DNA from: an uncultured Candidatus Izemoplasmatales bacterium
GTDB taxonomy: Bacteria; Bacillota_I; Bacilli_A; Izemoplasmatales; Hujiaoplasmataceae
Length of the DNA: 64,000 bases
NCBI GenBank assembly: GCA_964655885.1
Contig: CAZZPD010000001.1
Span: forward strand, 11,441-75,440
Direction: 5' to 3'
The stretch's first letter is position 1; each line of letters opens with the position of its first letter. Below, piece after piece: positions 20,701-29,937 of this stretch. The notes under the pieces were generated by a model. That model was given only the letters and a program-made list of their open reading frames with translations. It made no database searches and was not told the DNA's origin. Both the position numbers and the translations under genes were made by a program.

Positions 20701-20838
20701 TATTTGTAATAAAAATAAAGTAGAAAACGTTAAAAGAGCTAAAAATTTAAAGGTTTTTTTCCTATCTGAAAAAGTTTTCTGAATAAATGCAGAAAATTTG
20801 TTAGAAATATTTAGTCTTAGTGTCTTAATTTTAGTCAT
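17782..20838 (-). CDS. YfhO-family GT-C glycosyltransferase
   Basis: DDILQYY, many TM helices, large extracellular domain, IPVCYSDDW...GFLGVVIPNGTHEINITLKFMPKGL, terminal TM; start at ATG 20838 behind GAGGT. Confidence 0.85.
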   Translation of the reverse strand: MTKIKTLRLNISNKFSAFIQKTFSDRKKTFKFLALLTFSTLFLLQISMILINNSFYNNASDDILQYYTIMVDFISGLKDGSISWFNLNNYFGASFFSDVYYIPIDLFTGTTFILSYLMPIGLAYSVTELIKIFIGVMLFAYYLSLQGYKNRTIFWMGIIYFISGGSVSFMAFPVFLSLTVYMPLALIVIHYFFKKNRWIVPLFSMAAIFYDFYLGYTLLAFICFAFLVEYFKKPNFKFFIFVKEILIFVALLLLGVLMAAIIAYPSIVFIMEETYRAEGTFNAWIINIGSYELKLFQPNIYIRVLAKMFVEQKPIGFYGFENSYATEHFSLYITAIGLVYMTYIFFMRDKISKVYKVFIFIGLLMIIIPLFSYIFSGTLDAPYTRWINMLAIFQVMIFAHVFDKHGFEEVKMKFMTPIIVFFLAILGGLMYYYITQLKLDDYLASRDVLTADTVLFGVAGLYLLILLIFGWLKKWTVIKAFLWIEILVAIGYIYSGPLVIGNKIDTFENGYQIDKFLSENIEDDEFFRVYVDIDNLNVEDTNFNRMTGFATNTGIFHSWTDEETNAISKLLFNKNEYQSKNSMNTFSYYLNHFLGYKYVLVSAENDYGFSEEYFTLISENNTYKLYEIVNVSPFKVYESYMTYTEFSAYKSLNSSMETEKLLLLSVLIDTETTMEDFANLEHTDVTSVHGEGTVSIFSSVTSIETVIRQGHADSTERTFYKYSNEQMDISFNSGSIYIKATGITQEDYGEIFMEFSDGSTGACIVQSGYDHQIKCDFGAIPEAIYVEKTENVNYPITLKIRQEAAINRAAYLVYDLSEIDISNGEDAIKFAFTNSFSFDKAFVIDEFGNRYNLIDGFYNIETQPDKLYIFKTAQIYNMNTNIYGLSIKYGMEDMSNVNSVTENDLIEDEHLFIKNGKINISYTNMSATEYDQVIMIPVCYSDDWVIISETQYETLSLSGGFLGVVIPNGTHEINITLKFMPKGLGLGAIVSLGGVIVYSAIFVPYIIKKRKKNGVEVK

Positions 20839-20966
20839 ATTTACCTCAAATAAAAATGATATTGTCGTTATATTATAACACATGTTTAACATCAAAAAAA
20901 GTGAAGAATTATTGATTATTTGAATAAATAATTAATAAATATTATATAATATACTAAGGTGATGTA

Positions 20967-22208
20967 ATGGAAAATGCAATTTTAGTCGGTTTAGATACCG
21001 GTGGAAAAACTGATATAACTGAATCTTTATTGGAATTAGAGAACTTGGCAAGAGCTTGCGAAGTTAACGTTTTGTATAAAATCACACAAAAGCGTGATGC
21101 CCCTACAGCCAACTTTTACATTGGCGAAGGAAAGGTTGAAGAAGTACTAGATGCTGCAAATACACTAGATGCTGATTTAGTGATTTTTAATGATGAGTTA
21201 AGTCCTAGCCATATTAGAAATCTTGAGAAATCATTAAATATTAAAGTTATAGATAGAACTGTTTTAATTCTTGATATTTTTGCAAAAAGGGCTAAAACTA
21301 AAGAAGCAATGCTACAAGTTGAACTTGCTCAAGCAAAATATTTTATGCCAAGAGTTGTCGGAATGTATAAATATTTATCTCGACAAAAATCAGGTACTGG
21401 TTCAAAAGGGCCAGGAGAACAACAACTTGAGCTAGATCGAAGAATATTAAGAGATAAAATAACACAATTAAAAAGAGAACTAAACCAACTAGTAAAGATT
21501 AGACGCACACAAAGAAGCAAAAGAAAAAACAATGATTTAAAAACAGTTGCCTTAACTGGTTATACAAACGCTGGAAAATCAACTTTAATGAATGCTATTA
21601 TTGATTATTCTTCAATGCATAATGATAGTTATGCATTTGAACAAAATATGTTGTTTGCTACATTAGAAACTAAAACTCGTAAAATTAGTTTTGAAAACAA
21701 TCGAGAATTTCTAATAACTGATACTGTTGGTTTTATCGATAGACTTCCTCATCATTTAGTTGAATCATTTAAATCAACGCTTGAAGAAATCGCAGAAGCA
21801 TCTTTAATCTTACATGTTATAGATGCATCAAATCCTAATTATGAAGATCAAATAGAGGTTGTAGAAGGTGTTTTATCAGATATTGGCGTTCATGAGATAC
21901 CAATAATTTATGTTTTCAATAAAAACGATATCGCTAAAAGAACCAATCATATAGCTCAAAATCCATCAATTTTTATATCTGCTTTAAATGGAGAAAATAT
22001 AGATAAACTAGTTGAAATGATAGATAAAATTCTTTATAAAGATATTATTAGAACCAAGATGTTTTTGCCTTTTGAAAAAGGAGATATCTTCTCAAAATTA
22101 AAAGAAAATTCGAATATTATTCACACCGAATATAAAGATGATGGTATTTTAATAGATATTGAAATTAAACAAAGTTTATATAACAAATATAAAAAATATG
22201 TAATATAA
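20967..22208 (+). CDS. hflX: Ribosome-splitting GTPase HflX
   Basis: DRTVLILDIFAKRA, GPGEQQLELDRR, GYTNAGKS, DTVGF, NKND. Confidence 0.96.
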   Translation: MENAILVGLDTGGKTDITESLLELENLARACEVNVLYKITQKRDAPTANFYIGEGKVEEVLDAANTLDADLVIFNDELSPSHIRNLEKSLNIKVIDRTVLILDIFAKRAKTKEAMLQVELAQAKYFMPRVVGMYKYLSRQKSGTGSKGPGEQQLELDRRILRDKITQLKRELNQLVKIRRTQRSKRKNNDLKTVALTGYTNAGKSTLMNAIIDYSSMHNDSYAFEQNMLFATLETKTRKISFENNREFLITDTVGFIDRLPHHLVESFKSTLEEIAEASLILHVIDASNPNYEDQIEVVEGVLSDIGVHEIPIIYVFNKNDIAKRTNHIAQNPSIFISALNGENIDKLVEMIDKILYKDIIRTKMFLPFEKGDIFSKLKENSNIIHTEYKDDGILIDIEIKQSLYNKYKKYVI

Positions 22209-22232
22209 AAAGCAGGAGTTTTCCTGCTTTTT
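22207..22232. terminator. Bidirectional terminator hflX/dusB
   Basis: AAAAGCAGGA-gtt-TTCCTGCTTTT. Confidence 0.85.
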
Positions 22233-23205
22233 ATTTGATAATATCAAAATAATCATTAATAATCTTATTAATTTCATTAACTGTTTTTGCTAATACAATT
22301 TTGTTTTTGACTCTAGACGCTCCTTTTAGTCCTTTTATATACCAAGCTCCATGACTTCTCATTTCAAGAACGGCTACTTTTTCGCCTTTTAATTTAACTA
22401 ATCTTTTTAAGTGTTTCACAATATAAGATTTTCTAGTTTCTAAAGAGATTTCTTTTTCATATTCTCCCGTTTCTAGGTAATCTGCTATCTGCTTAATTAA
22501 AAATGGATTCCCTAAAACACCTCTACCAATCATAACTGCATCACAGCCTGTATAATCTAGCATGTATTTTGCATCTTCGGGGGTTCTAATGTCTCCATTT
22601 CCTATAACTGGTACACTTACTGCTTCTTTAACAGCTTTGATAATATCTAAATCAGCTTTTCCTGAATACATATCAGTTCTAGTTCTTCCATGTACAGCTA
22701 TCATGCTTGCGCCAGCTTTTTCCATTAATTTCGCAAATTCTACAGCGTTTTTATCCTTGTGGGTAAATCCACTTCTTATTTTAACTGTTACAGGTTTTTT
22801 TACCTTCTCTACAACGCTTTTAACTATATCATACGCAAGCGTTGGTGTAGTCATCAGTTTGCTTCCTGCTCCGGTTTTTATAACTTTATTTACCGGGCAC
22901 CCCATATTTATATCTATTACGTCACACTGAGAATTTTCATCAATAAATATAGCAGCTTTTGTCATCGTTTCAACGCTACTACCAAAAAGTTGCAAAGAAA
23001 TGGGTTTTTCAAACTCAGAAATTTCTATCATATCTTTGGTTTTGTTGTTTTCATAAAGCAACCCTTTATCTGAAATCATTTCTGTACATATTAACCCCGC
23101 ACCAAATTCTTTAAGGATTGATCTATACGCTATATTAGTCACTCCCGCCATTGGAGCAACAAGTACTTGATTATTAATTTCTAAGTCTCTAATTTTCCAT
23201 TTCAT
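22231..23205 (-). CDS. dusB: tRNA-dihydrouridine synthase B
   Basis: [37 protein letters not shown]. Confidence 0.93.
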   Translation of the reverse strand: MKWKIRDLEINNQVLVAPMAGVTNIAYRSILKEFGAGLICTEMISDKGLLYENNKTKDMIEISEFEKPISLQLFGSSVETMTKAAIFIDENSQCDVIDINMGCPVNKVIKTGAGSKLMTTPTLAYDIVKSVVEKVKKPVTVKIRSGFTHKDKNAVEFAKLMEKAGASMIAVHGRTRTDMYSGKADLDIIKAVKEAVSVPVIGNGDIRTPEDAKYMLDYTGCDAVMIGRGVLGNPFLIKQIADYLETGEYEKEISLETRKSYIVKHLKRLVKLKGEKVAVLEMRSHGAWYIKGLKGASRVKNKIVLAKTVNEINKIINDYFDIIK

Positions 23206-23317
23206 AATTAACACTCTTTCCTATAATCATGTAATATTATATAATAACTATACAAGAAAAACAAAAAAATAGTATTATTTAAATTATATGATATAATACC
23301 ATCCGGGAAGTGATTAA

Positions 23318-24190
23318 ATGAATGATTATTTAGTAAAAGCTTATGCTTTTGATGGAACAGTAAGAATATATGCAGCAACAACTACAAATCTTGTTGAAGA
23401 AGCAAGAAAAATTCATGGTACCTGGCCAGCAGCAAGTGCTGCTTTTGGTAGAGTTTTAACTGCATCGTTAATTATGGGCGCAATGTATAAAGGTGACCAA
23501 ACACTAACTACAAGAATTAATGGTGGTGGTCCAGTGGGTGAAATAATAACTTTTGTAGATGCGCATGGTCACGTTAAAGGAACTATAGAAAATCCTGAAG
23601 TGCATTTTTCTCAAAAAAATAAATTAGCTGTTGGTATAGCTGTAGGTAATAATGGTTTTATTCATGTAACTAAGGATTTAAAAATAAGAGATGTTTTCAC
23701 ATCAAGCGCTCAACTTCAAACTGGAGAAATAGCTGATGATTTTACTTATTATTTTGCAGCGAGTGAACAAATTCCTTCTTCTGTAGGTTTGGGTGTTCTA
23801 GTAAATGAAAAAAATGAAGTTTTTGCAAGTGGTGGTTTTATTTTACAGTTAATGCCTGGTTGTAAAGAAGAAACAATCAAAGAGATTGAAGAAAATATTA
23901 GTAAAATGAAGCCAATTTCTGAATTAATTAATTCAGATTACAAACCAGAAGATATCATTGAATTAATAACCAAAGGAAAACATGAATTTGTTGATGAAAT
24001 GCCATTAAGTTATCAATGTGATTGTTCAAAGGAAAGGTTTGAAAAGGGAATAATATCTCTAGGCAAAAAAGAAATTCAAAATTTTATCGATGAAAATCAC
24101 CCTATAAATATTACATGCCAATTTTGTAAAAAAGAATATTCTTTTACAAATGAAGAACTAAAAAAACTAATTAAAAAAGTAAAACCCTAG
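23318..24190 (+). CDS. hslO: Hsp33 redox-regulated chaperone
   Basis: SEQIPS, GGFILQLMPG, CDCS...CQFC zinc motif. Confidence 0.95.
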   Translation: MNDYLVKAYAFDGTVRIYAATTTNLVEEARKIHGTWPAASAAFGRVLTASLIMGAMYKGDQTLTTRINGGGPVGEIITFVDAHGHVKGTIENPEVHFSQKNKLAVGIAVGNNGFIHVTKDLKIRDVFTSSAQLQTGEIADDFTYYFAASEQIPSSVGLGVLVNEKNEVFASGGFILQLMPGCKEETIKEIEENISKMKPISELINSDYKPEDIIELITKGKHEFVDEMPLSYQCDCSKERFEKGIISLGKKEIQNFIDENHPINITCQFCKKEYSFTNEELKKLIKKVKP

Positions 24191-24208
24191 AAACTAGGGT
24201 TTTTATTT
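24181..24208. terminator. Bidirectional terminator hslO/glnA
   Basis: AAAACCCTAG-aaa-CTAGGGTTTT. Confidence 0.85.
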
Positions 24209-25549
24209 TTATATTATTTTCATGTATCTTTCTAATTCCCATTGAGTAACACAAGTTTTAAAATCATTCCATTCTTTAGTTTTTAACTCAATAAATTTAG
24301 AATATATATGGTCTCCTAAAGCCTCTTTTATCAACGGATCTTCTTGCATAACATCAATTGCTTCTTTTAAATTATCAGGTAAATTTTTTACCCCTAATGC
24401 TTCTCTTTCTTTTTTTGATAACTCAAAAAGATTTGCATTTATTGAATCAATTAATGGTAATTCATTTTCAATTCCTTCTAGACCTGCCGCTAGTATTACT
24501 GCCATTCCTAAATACGGATTAGTTGATGTGTCTACACTTCTAATTTCTGTTCTTGTAGTTTTTCCTCTCGTTGCTGGTATTCTTACCATAACAGATCTAT
24601 TGTGTTCAGACCACGAAACATAACAAGGCGCTTCATACCCTGGAACTAGCCTTTTATATGAGTTCACAGTAGGATTTGTAATCGCACAAAATGATCTAGC
24701 GTGGGTTAAAATCCCCGTAAGCCATTGTCTACATGTTATGCTTAAACCAGCTGGGTCGTTTTCATCATAAAAAGCATTGTTTCCATCTAAATCACTTAAC
24801 GAACAATTTGTATGCATTCCCGAACCATTTATATTAGCGATTGGCTTAGGCATAAATGTTGCATGTAATCCGTGTCTTCTGGCAATATTTTTAACTACTA
24901 ATTTAAATGTTTGAACATTATCACAAGCCTCTACAATATCAGAAAATTCAAAATTAATTTCGTTTTGTCCAGGCGCTACTTCGTGATGACTGGCTTCCAT
25001 TGTAAATCCTATTTTTTCTAATTCAAGAACGATATCTCTTCTGCAATCTCCAGCGCCATCAATTGGTGATAAATCAAAATATCCACCATTATCAGCAACA
25101 TCCATTGTAATTTCTCCATTTTCATCTAATTTAAAAAGAAAAAATTCTGGTTCAAATCCGATATTTAATGTAGAAAATCCTAGTTTTTTCATTTTAGAAG
25201 CAACTCTTTTTAAGTTTGCTCTTGGGTCAACTGGTGACGGTTCTCCATTTGGTGTATAAACATCACATATCAACCTAGCAACCTTACCATAGCTTGTTTC
25301 TTCCCAACTAAAAATCAACCAGGTATTAAAGTCAGGCTTTAAATACATGTCAGCTTCCATAATTCTTACAAAACCCTCAATTGAAGAACCATCAAACATA
25401 ACTTTGCCATCTAGGGCTGTTTCTAATTGTCCCACTGGAATCTCAACGCTCTTAATAGTACCTTGAATGTCTGTAAACATTAATCTAATGTAACGAACAT
25501 TCTCTTCCTTAGCGATTCTTAAGATATCGCTTTTAGTATATTTTTTCAT
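24209..25549 (-). CDS. glnA: Glutamine synthetase type I (GSI-alpha)
   Basis: [47 protein letters not shown]. Confidence 0.97.
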   Translation of the reverse strand: MKKYTKSDILRIAKEENVRYIRLMFTDIQGTIKSVEIPVGQLETALDGKVMFDGSSIEGFVRIMEADMYLKPDFNTWLIFSWEETSYGKVARLICDVYTPNGEPSPVDPRANLKRVASKMKKLGFSTLNIGFEPEFFLFKLDENGEITMDVADNGGYFDLSPIDGAGDCRRDIVLELEKIGFTMEASHHEVAPGQNEINFEFSDIVEACDNVQTFKLVVKNIARRHGLHATFMPKPIANINGSGMHTNCSLSDLDGNNAFYDENDPAGLSITCRQWLTGILTHARSFCAITNPTVNSYKRLVPGYEAPCYVSWSEHNRSVMVRIPATRGKTTRTEIRSVDTSTNPYLGMAVILAAGLEGIENELPLIDSINANLFELSKKEREALGVKNLPDNLKEAIDVMQEDPLIKEALGDHIYSKFIELKTKEWNDFKTCVTQWELERYMKII

Positions 25550-25620
25550 AATTTTTTTCTTATAAACACTTAAACCAATGCATATGCACCTTTAAACGGT
25601 TATAACCTTTCTTTTTTTGT

Positions 25621-25636
25621 GAAGCCCCATTGCTTC
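25621..25636 (-). promoter_or_regulatory. ANTAR-binding RNA hairpin in the glnA leader
   Basis: Minus strand GAAGC-AATGGG-GCTTC: 5-bp stem, 6-nt loop with A1/G4, matches AGCAANGRRGCUY; the ANTAR gene is adjacent. Confidence 0.8.
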
Positions 25637-25643
25637 TTATGAA

Positions 25644-25672
25644 ATTATAATAAAAGAAGATAAAAAAATCAA
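25644..25672 (-). promoter_or_regulatory. SigA-type promoter of glnA
   Basis: TTGATT-17 bp-TATAAT; predicted +1 at about 25637. Confidence 0.75.
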
Positions 25673-25679
25673 TAGGTTA

Positions 25680-26231
25680 CTAACTATTGTCTGTTAGTAA
25701 CCTATTACAAGCTTCTATTTTATCTATATGGTTATTCATTGCGTATTGTAATATATGTTTGTGAGCTTCTTCTTCTGAAAGGCCTTTTTTCATTAAAAAT
25801 CTTTTACAATTATTAATAATTTTATTTTCCTCTATTTTCCTAGATAGTTTTTTATTTTCTGTGCTTAATTGATTTATCTGTTTGCTATATTTATCTAGTA
25901 AATTAATAGATAATGGTAGTTCTATATCCATTTTATTTTCATCAATAATTACAAGATTAGTGTGTTCTTTAAGTTTGTTAAATGGATTCATATTTGTATT
26001 AGAAGTTATATAAATTATATTACATAGCTTTTGAATAATTGCATTTTGAATAAAATTATAAAGATTTGATAATCTATATGAGGTGTGAATAATAACAAAT
26101 CCATATTTTACAAGATCATCTCGTTTAATTGGTTTATCTGTTATCTGAAACACATAGTTTTTTTCTGATAATATTCTATTAATTCTTAATTTTAATAATC
26201 CATCATTAATACAAATTAATATATGCTTCAT
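25680..26231 (-). CDS. ANTAR-domain RNA-binding regulator with pseudo-receiver domain (AmiR/NitR-like)
   Basis: Receiver-like N-terminus (HILICIND...FVIIH...IIYITS), coiled coil, C-terminal IINNCKRFLMKKGLSEEEAHKHILQYAMN. Confidence 0.85.
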   Translation of the reverse strand: MKHILICINDGLLKLRINRILSEKNYVFQITDKPIKRDDLVKYGFVIIHTSYRLSNLYNFIQNAIIQKLCNIIYITSNTNMNPFNKLKEHTNLVIIDENKMDIELPLSINLLDKYSKQINQLSTENKKLSRKIEENKIINNCKRFLMKKGLSEEEAHKHILQYAMNNHIDKIEACNRLLTDNS

Positions 26232-26234
26232 TTT

Positions 26235-27473
26235 TTAATATTTTAATGGATATTTATCTGTTAATAACTTAACTCTTCTTTTAACTTCTGTAAAAATTTC
26301 TTCAGAATCTGGATTACTTAAAATCATATCTACTAAAACAGCTACTTCAATAAAGTCTTCTTCTTTAAATCCTCTAGTTGTCATTGCAGGAGTCCCTAAT
26401 CTAATTCCGCTTGTAACGAAAGGTTTTTTGGTGTCATATGGAATTGTGTTTTTATTACATGTAATGTTTGCTAAGCCTAATAGTCTTTCTGCTTTTTTAC
26501 CGCTCATTTTAGCTTTTGATAATACATCAAGTAATAATAAATGATTATCAGTACCACCTGAAACAACATGATATCCTAATTCAATAAATTTATCAGAAAA
26601 TGCTTTTGCATTTTTAACTACTTGTTCTTGATATTTAACAAAATCGTCAGATAAAGCCTCTCCAAATGCAGCTGCTTTAGCGGCTATTATGTGCATTAAT
26701 GGTCCACCCTGTATACCTGGAAAAATTACTCTATTAACCTTTTTAGCAATTTCTTCATCATTGGTCAATATAATTCCACCTCTAGGCCCTCTTAGGGTTT
26801 TATGTGTTGTAGATGTGACTATGTCTGCGTATTCACATGGATTAGGATGCAATTTAGCAGCTACTAATCCAGCAATGTGAGCCATATCTACCATAAATAA
26901 AGCTCCTACTTTATCACATATTTCTTTAAATCTTTTAAAATCTATAATTCTTGGATAGGCACTAGCTCCAGCTACTATTAATTTTGGTTTAATTTCTAAA
27001 GCTTGTTTTTCTAATTCTTCATAATCTATTGTTTCTGTTTCTTTATTAACAAAATATGGATAAAATTCATAATCAATTCCGCTAAAACTTAATGGATGTC
27101 CGTGGGTTAAATGACCACCTTGATCCAAAGCCATTCCCATAACTTTATCTCCATGTTCGATAATAGCTCTATAGGCCCCCATATTTGCAGTTGAACCTGA
27201 ATGTGGTTGAACATTTGCATACTGTACGTTGAAAATCTTCTTTATTCTTTCAATAGCTAAATTTTCTGCTTCATCTACAAATTCGCATCCACCATAGTAT
27301 CTTTTACCTGGATAGCCTTCAGCATACTTGTTAGTTAAAACACTACCATCTGCTTCCAAAACAGATTTAGAAACAAAATTTTCTGAGGCAATTAACTCAA
27401 TGTGAGTTTCTTGTCTGTTAATTTCTTTTTGAATGACTTGAAAAAGGTCATTGTCTGTTCTTTTTAATTCCAT
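26235..27473 (-). CDS. glyA: Serine hydroxymethyltransferase
   Basis: [44 protein letters not shown]. Confidence 0.97.
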   Translation of the reverse strand: MELKRTDNDLFQVIQKEINRQETHIELIASENFVSKSVLEADGSVLTNKYAEGYPGKRYYGGCEFVDEAENLAIERIKKIFNVQYANVQPHSGSTANMGAYRAIIEHGDKVMGMALDQGGHLTHGHPLSFSGIDYEFYPYFVNKETETIDYEELEKQALEIKPKLIVAGASAYPRIIDFKRFKEICDKVGALFMVDMAHIAGLVAAKLHPNPCEYADIVTSTTHKTLRGPRGGIILTNDEEIAKKVNRVIFPGIQGGPLMHIIAAKAAAFGEALSDDFVKYQEQVVKNAKAFSDKFIELGYHVVSGGTDNHLLLLDVLSKAKMSGKKAERLLGLANITCNKNTIPYDTKKPFVTSGIRLGTPAMTTRGFKEEDFIEVAVLVDMILSNPDSEEIFTEVKRRVKLLTDKYPLKY

Positions 27474-27486
27474 TTTTTTCTCCTCT

Positions 27487-28353
27487 TTATTTATTCGAAA
27501 TTTCTTTCGAAATAATCTTCTTAAATTGGTTATATAAAATTATAAAATCTTTTAATTCCAAAGCTTCAGCTCTTGTCATTGTATTAATTCCTACTTCTGC
27601 TAATATCTCAAAAAACTGTTCCTTTGTCAATTGATTATATGTTGAGTATAAATTATTAACTAGCGTTTTTCTTCTTTGTGAAAAACATGCGTGTACAAAC
27701 TTATAAAAATCTTTATGTTCATTATTGAAAATATCTTTTCTAACGGTTAATTTAATTACTGCAGAATCAACATTTGGCTTAGGATAAAAAACTGATTTTG
27801 GAACTTTAAACAAATACTCCGATCTGGTTTGATGTTGAATAATTACACTTAGTGCGTTGTAATCTTTAGTGTTTGGTTTCGATGTTATTCTTTTAGCAAC
27901 TTCAAGCTGCATCATTAAAGTTAATGAATCTATCCCATTAACACCTTCTAAGAATTTCATAATTATAGGCGTAGTAATATGATATGGTAAATTACTTATT
28001 ACGATTATTTTGTTTACATCAAAAAAGTAATCTTTTATGTCTTTGTTAACATCAATTTTTAAAATATCTTTGTTAAAAAGTTTATAGTTTTTATACTCTT
28101 TAAAAAAATCATTTAGATATGGTATTAATTCGTCATCAATTTCATAGATTAACATTTTCTTTGCTACTTTTATAAGCTTTTTTGTTAATGCTCCTAAGCC
28201 TGGTCCTATTTCAATTACACCCGTCTCGTTATCAGCTCCAGATTTTTCAATTATGTTATTTATTATATTTTCATCCAGTAAAAAATTTTGACTAAACTTC
28301 TTTTTTGCTATTACTTTTTTTTGATCAATTAACGCTTTTCTATCATTTTCCAT
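27487..28353 (-). CDS. rsmA: 16S rRNA dimethyladenosine transferase KsgA
   Basis: [38 protein letters not shown]. Confidence 0.96.
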   Translation of the reverse strand: MENDRKALIDQKKVIAKKKFSQNFLLDENIINNIIEKSGADNETGVIEIGPGLGALTKKLIKVAKKMLIYEIDDELIPYLNDFFKEYKNYKLFNKDILKIDVNKDIKDYFFDVNKIIVISNLPYHITTPIIMKFLEGVNGIDSLTLMMQLEVAKRITSKPNTKDYNALSVIIQHQTRSEYLFKVPKSVFYPKPNVDSAVIKLTVRKDIFNNEHKDFYKFVHACFSQRRKTLVNNLYSTYNQLTKEQFFEILAEVGINTMTRAEALELKDFIILYNQFKKIISKEISNK

Positions 28354-28894
28354 ATTTAACCTCCTTGAGCTTAGAGTCGATTTCTTTCAATGTTATACAC
28401 AACATGTTTAATGTATTTAAAAATGATTTTCCATTAAAAATTGGTATATTTAGCGCTTTACACAAATCATTTCGCAATTTACTTGATCCAAATTTGTTAA
28501 TCAACTCTCTTTGCATTAGGTCTTTGGTCGTTATAGGTTTGGTTGTGTTTCCTACTGTAAACATGCTAGATAGACTTTTTTTAATATCCTCTTTATTAGC
28601 GTGTTCAACACCGACCTTACGGTTGTTCTTACTAATTGCATTTTCTTTGTTTATATATGCGATTTTAAAATTTCCGTTTTTTTCTAAAATTTTATTAGTG
28701 ATTTTTTTTCCTGGAAAATCTGGATCCAGGAACAAAACAACTTCTCTTTTTTTGCTTGTCTCATATATAAGATTTATTGTCTCTTTTGATATCTCACTCC
28801 CGTTTGTTACGATACATTCTAAGTCTGGATAAATGCTTTTTAGTTTTTGTTCGTCATGCTTGCCTTCGACGACAACTACTTGTTTATATTTCAT
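28343..28894 (-). CDS. rnmV: Ribonuclease M5
   Basis: VVVEGKHD, DPDFPG, GVEHA; upstream of ksgA as in Bacilli. Confidence 0.92.
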   Translation of the reverse strand: MKYKQVVVVEGKHDEQKLKSIYPDLECIVTNGSEISKETINLIYETSKKREVVLFLDPDFPGKKITNKILEKNGNFKIAYINKENAISKNNRKVGVEHANKEDIKKSLSSMFTVGNTTKPITTKDLMQRELINKFGSSKLRNDLCKALNIPIFNGKSFLNTLNMLCITLKEIDSKLKEVKYGK

Positions 28895-29802
28895 TATTGG
28901 TTTTGAAAATATTTTCTTTTTATCTTCTCAGGAATAATTATTTCAATAGCTTGTTGGCAAACATCAATGTATTGATTTCCTGTACCACCAGATTCTCCAT
29001 CAATATTCCATCTTGATTTTGCATCAGTTTTAATCTCTAGTTTTCTTGACTTGAATCTTTTAACTAAAGGAGTAGACCAAAACGGAATGATGAATGAAAT
29101 CATATATAATAACCAATTAAATGGAGTATAACTCTTATATAGAACAACATCTACTTTACCATCATCTAACGATGGTTTATAAACCATATTTATCCCTGCA
29201 ACTCGTTTTGAGTTTATTATTAGAGCTAAAGAATATGTACCTCTTTCGTCCCCGTTATCGTGTCTTATTTTCATTCTCATTTTTGGAATTGTAAATATTT
29301 CAACAGCCCCTTGAACTATGTATGCTAAATATCCAATCTTTTTCTTTAATTGTGAATCTGTTACGTAGCTAATATCAATAAATGCTCCATTACCAGAGAC
29401 ATAACAAAAATATCTGTTATTAGTTTTAACAACGTCCATCTTTGCACTTACTCCACTAAGAATATTTTGTGTTGCTTTTTCAATGTTTCTTGATAGTCCT
29501 AAACTCATACCAATATCACAGCAAGTTCCAGCTGGAATGTATCCTATTAGTGGCCTGTAATCAAATTCCATTAGCCCGTTGACACATTCATTAAATGTTC
29601 CATCTCCACCAACGATAATCATAAGTCTAAACTTTTTTTCACAAGCCATTTTTGATAGTTCCGTGGCTTCTCCTGGATAATTTGTCTTACAAACTAAAAC
29701 ATCGTCATACTTATTTTTCAATAAATTAATGACGAGTTGTAATTTTGATTCGAATTTTTGATTCCCACTTTTGGGATTATAAATAAGGATAACTTTTTCC
29801 AA
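28894..29802 (-). CDS. Diacylglycerol/lipid kinase family protein (second paralog)
   Basis: YNPKSG, GGDGTFNE, IPAGT, DDGKVD, NIDGE; TTG start. Confidence 0.88.
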   Translation of the reverse strand: MEKVILIYNPKSGNQKFESKLQLVINLLKNKYDDVLVCKTNYPGEATELSKMACEKKFRLMIIVGGDGTFNECVNGLMEFDYRPLIGYIPAGTCCDIGMSLGLSRNIEKATQNILSGVSAKMDVVKTNNRYFCYVSGNGAFIDISYVTDSQLKKKIGYLAYIVQGAVEIFTIPKMRMKIRHDNGDERGTYSLALIINSKRVAGINMVYKPSLDDGKVDVVLYKSYTPFNWLLYMISFIIPFWSTPLVKRFKSRKLEIKTDAKSRWNIDGESGGTGNQYIDVCQQAIEIIIPEKIKRKYFQNQ

Positions 29803-29937
29803 AAAATCACCTAATTAATTATAGCATAGTATATATTAAAATTAAACCGAAGAATTTTATTAATTAATTTGTTTTTTATTACTTACAGACATACAAATCT
29901 ATTCATATTTCTGTTATAATATTTTTGGTGATAAAAA

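Noticed and set aside
28305..28832. 175-aa plus-strand ORF, and the other 60-135 aa antisense ORFs in the track (e.g. 10172, 15839, 22562, 48070)
   Set aside because: They lie antisense to well-supported genes, have the F/L/I/S-rich composition typical of shadow frames and show no recognisable motifs
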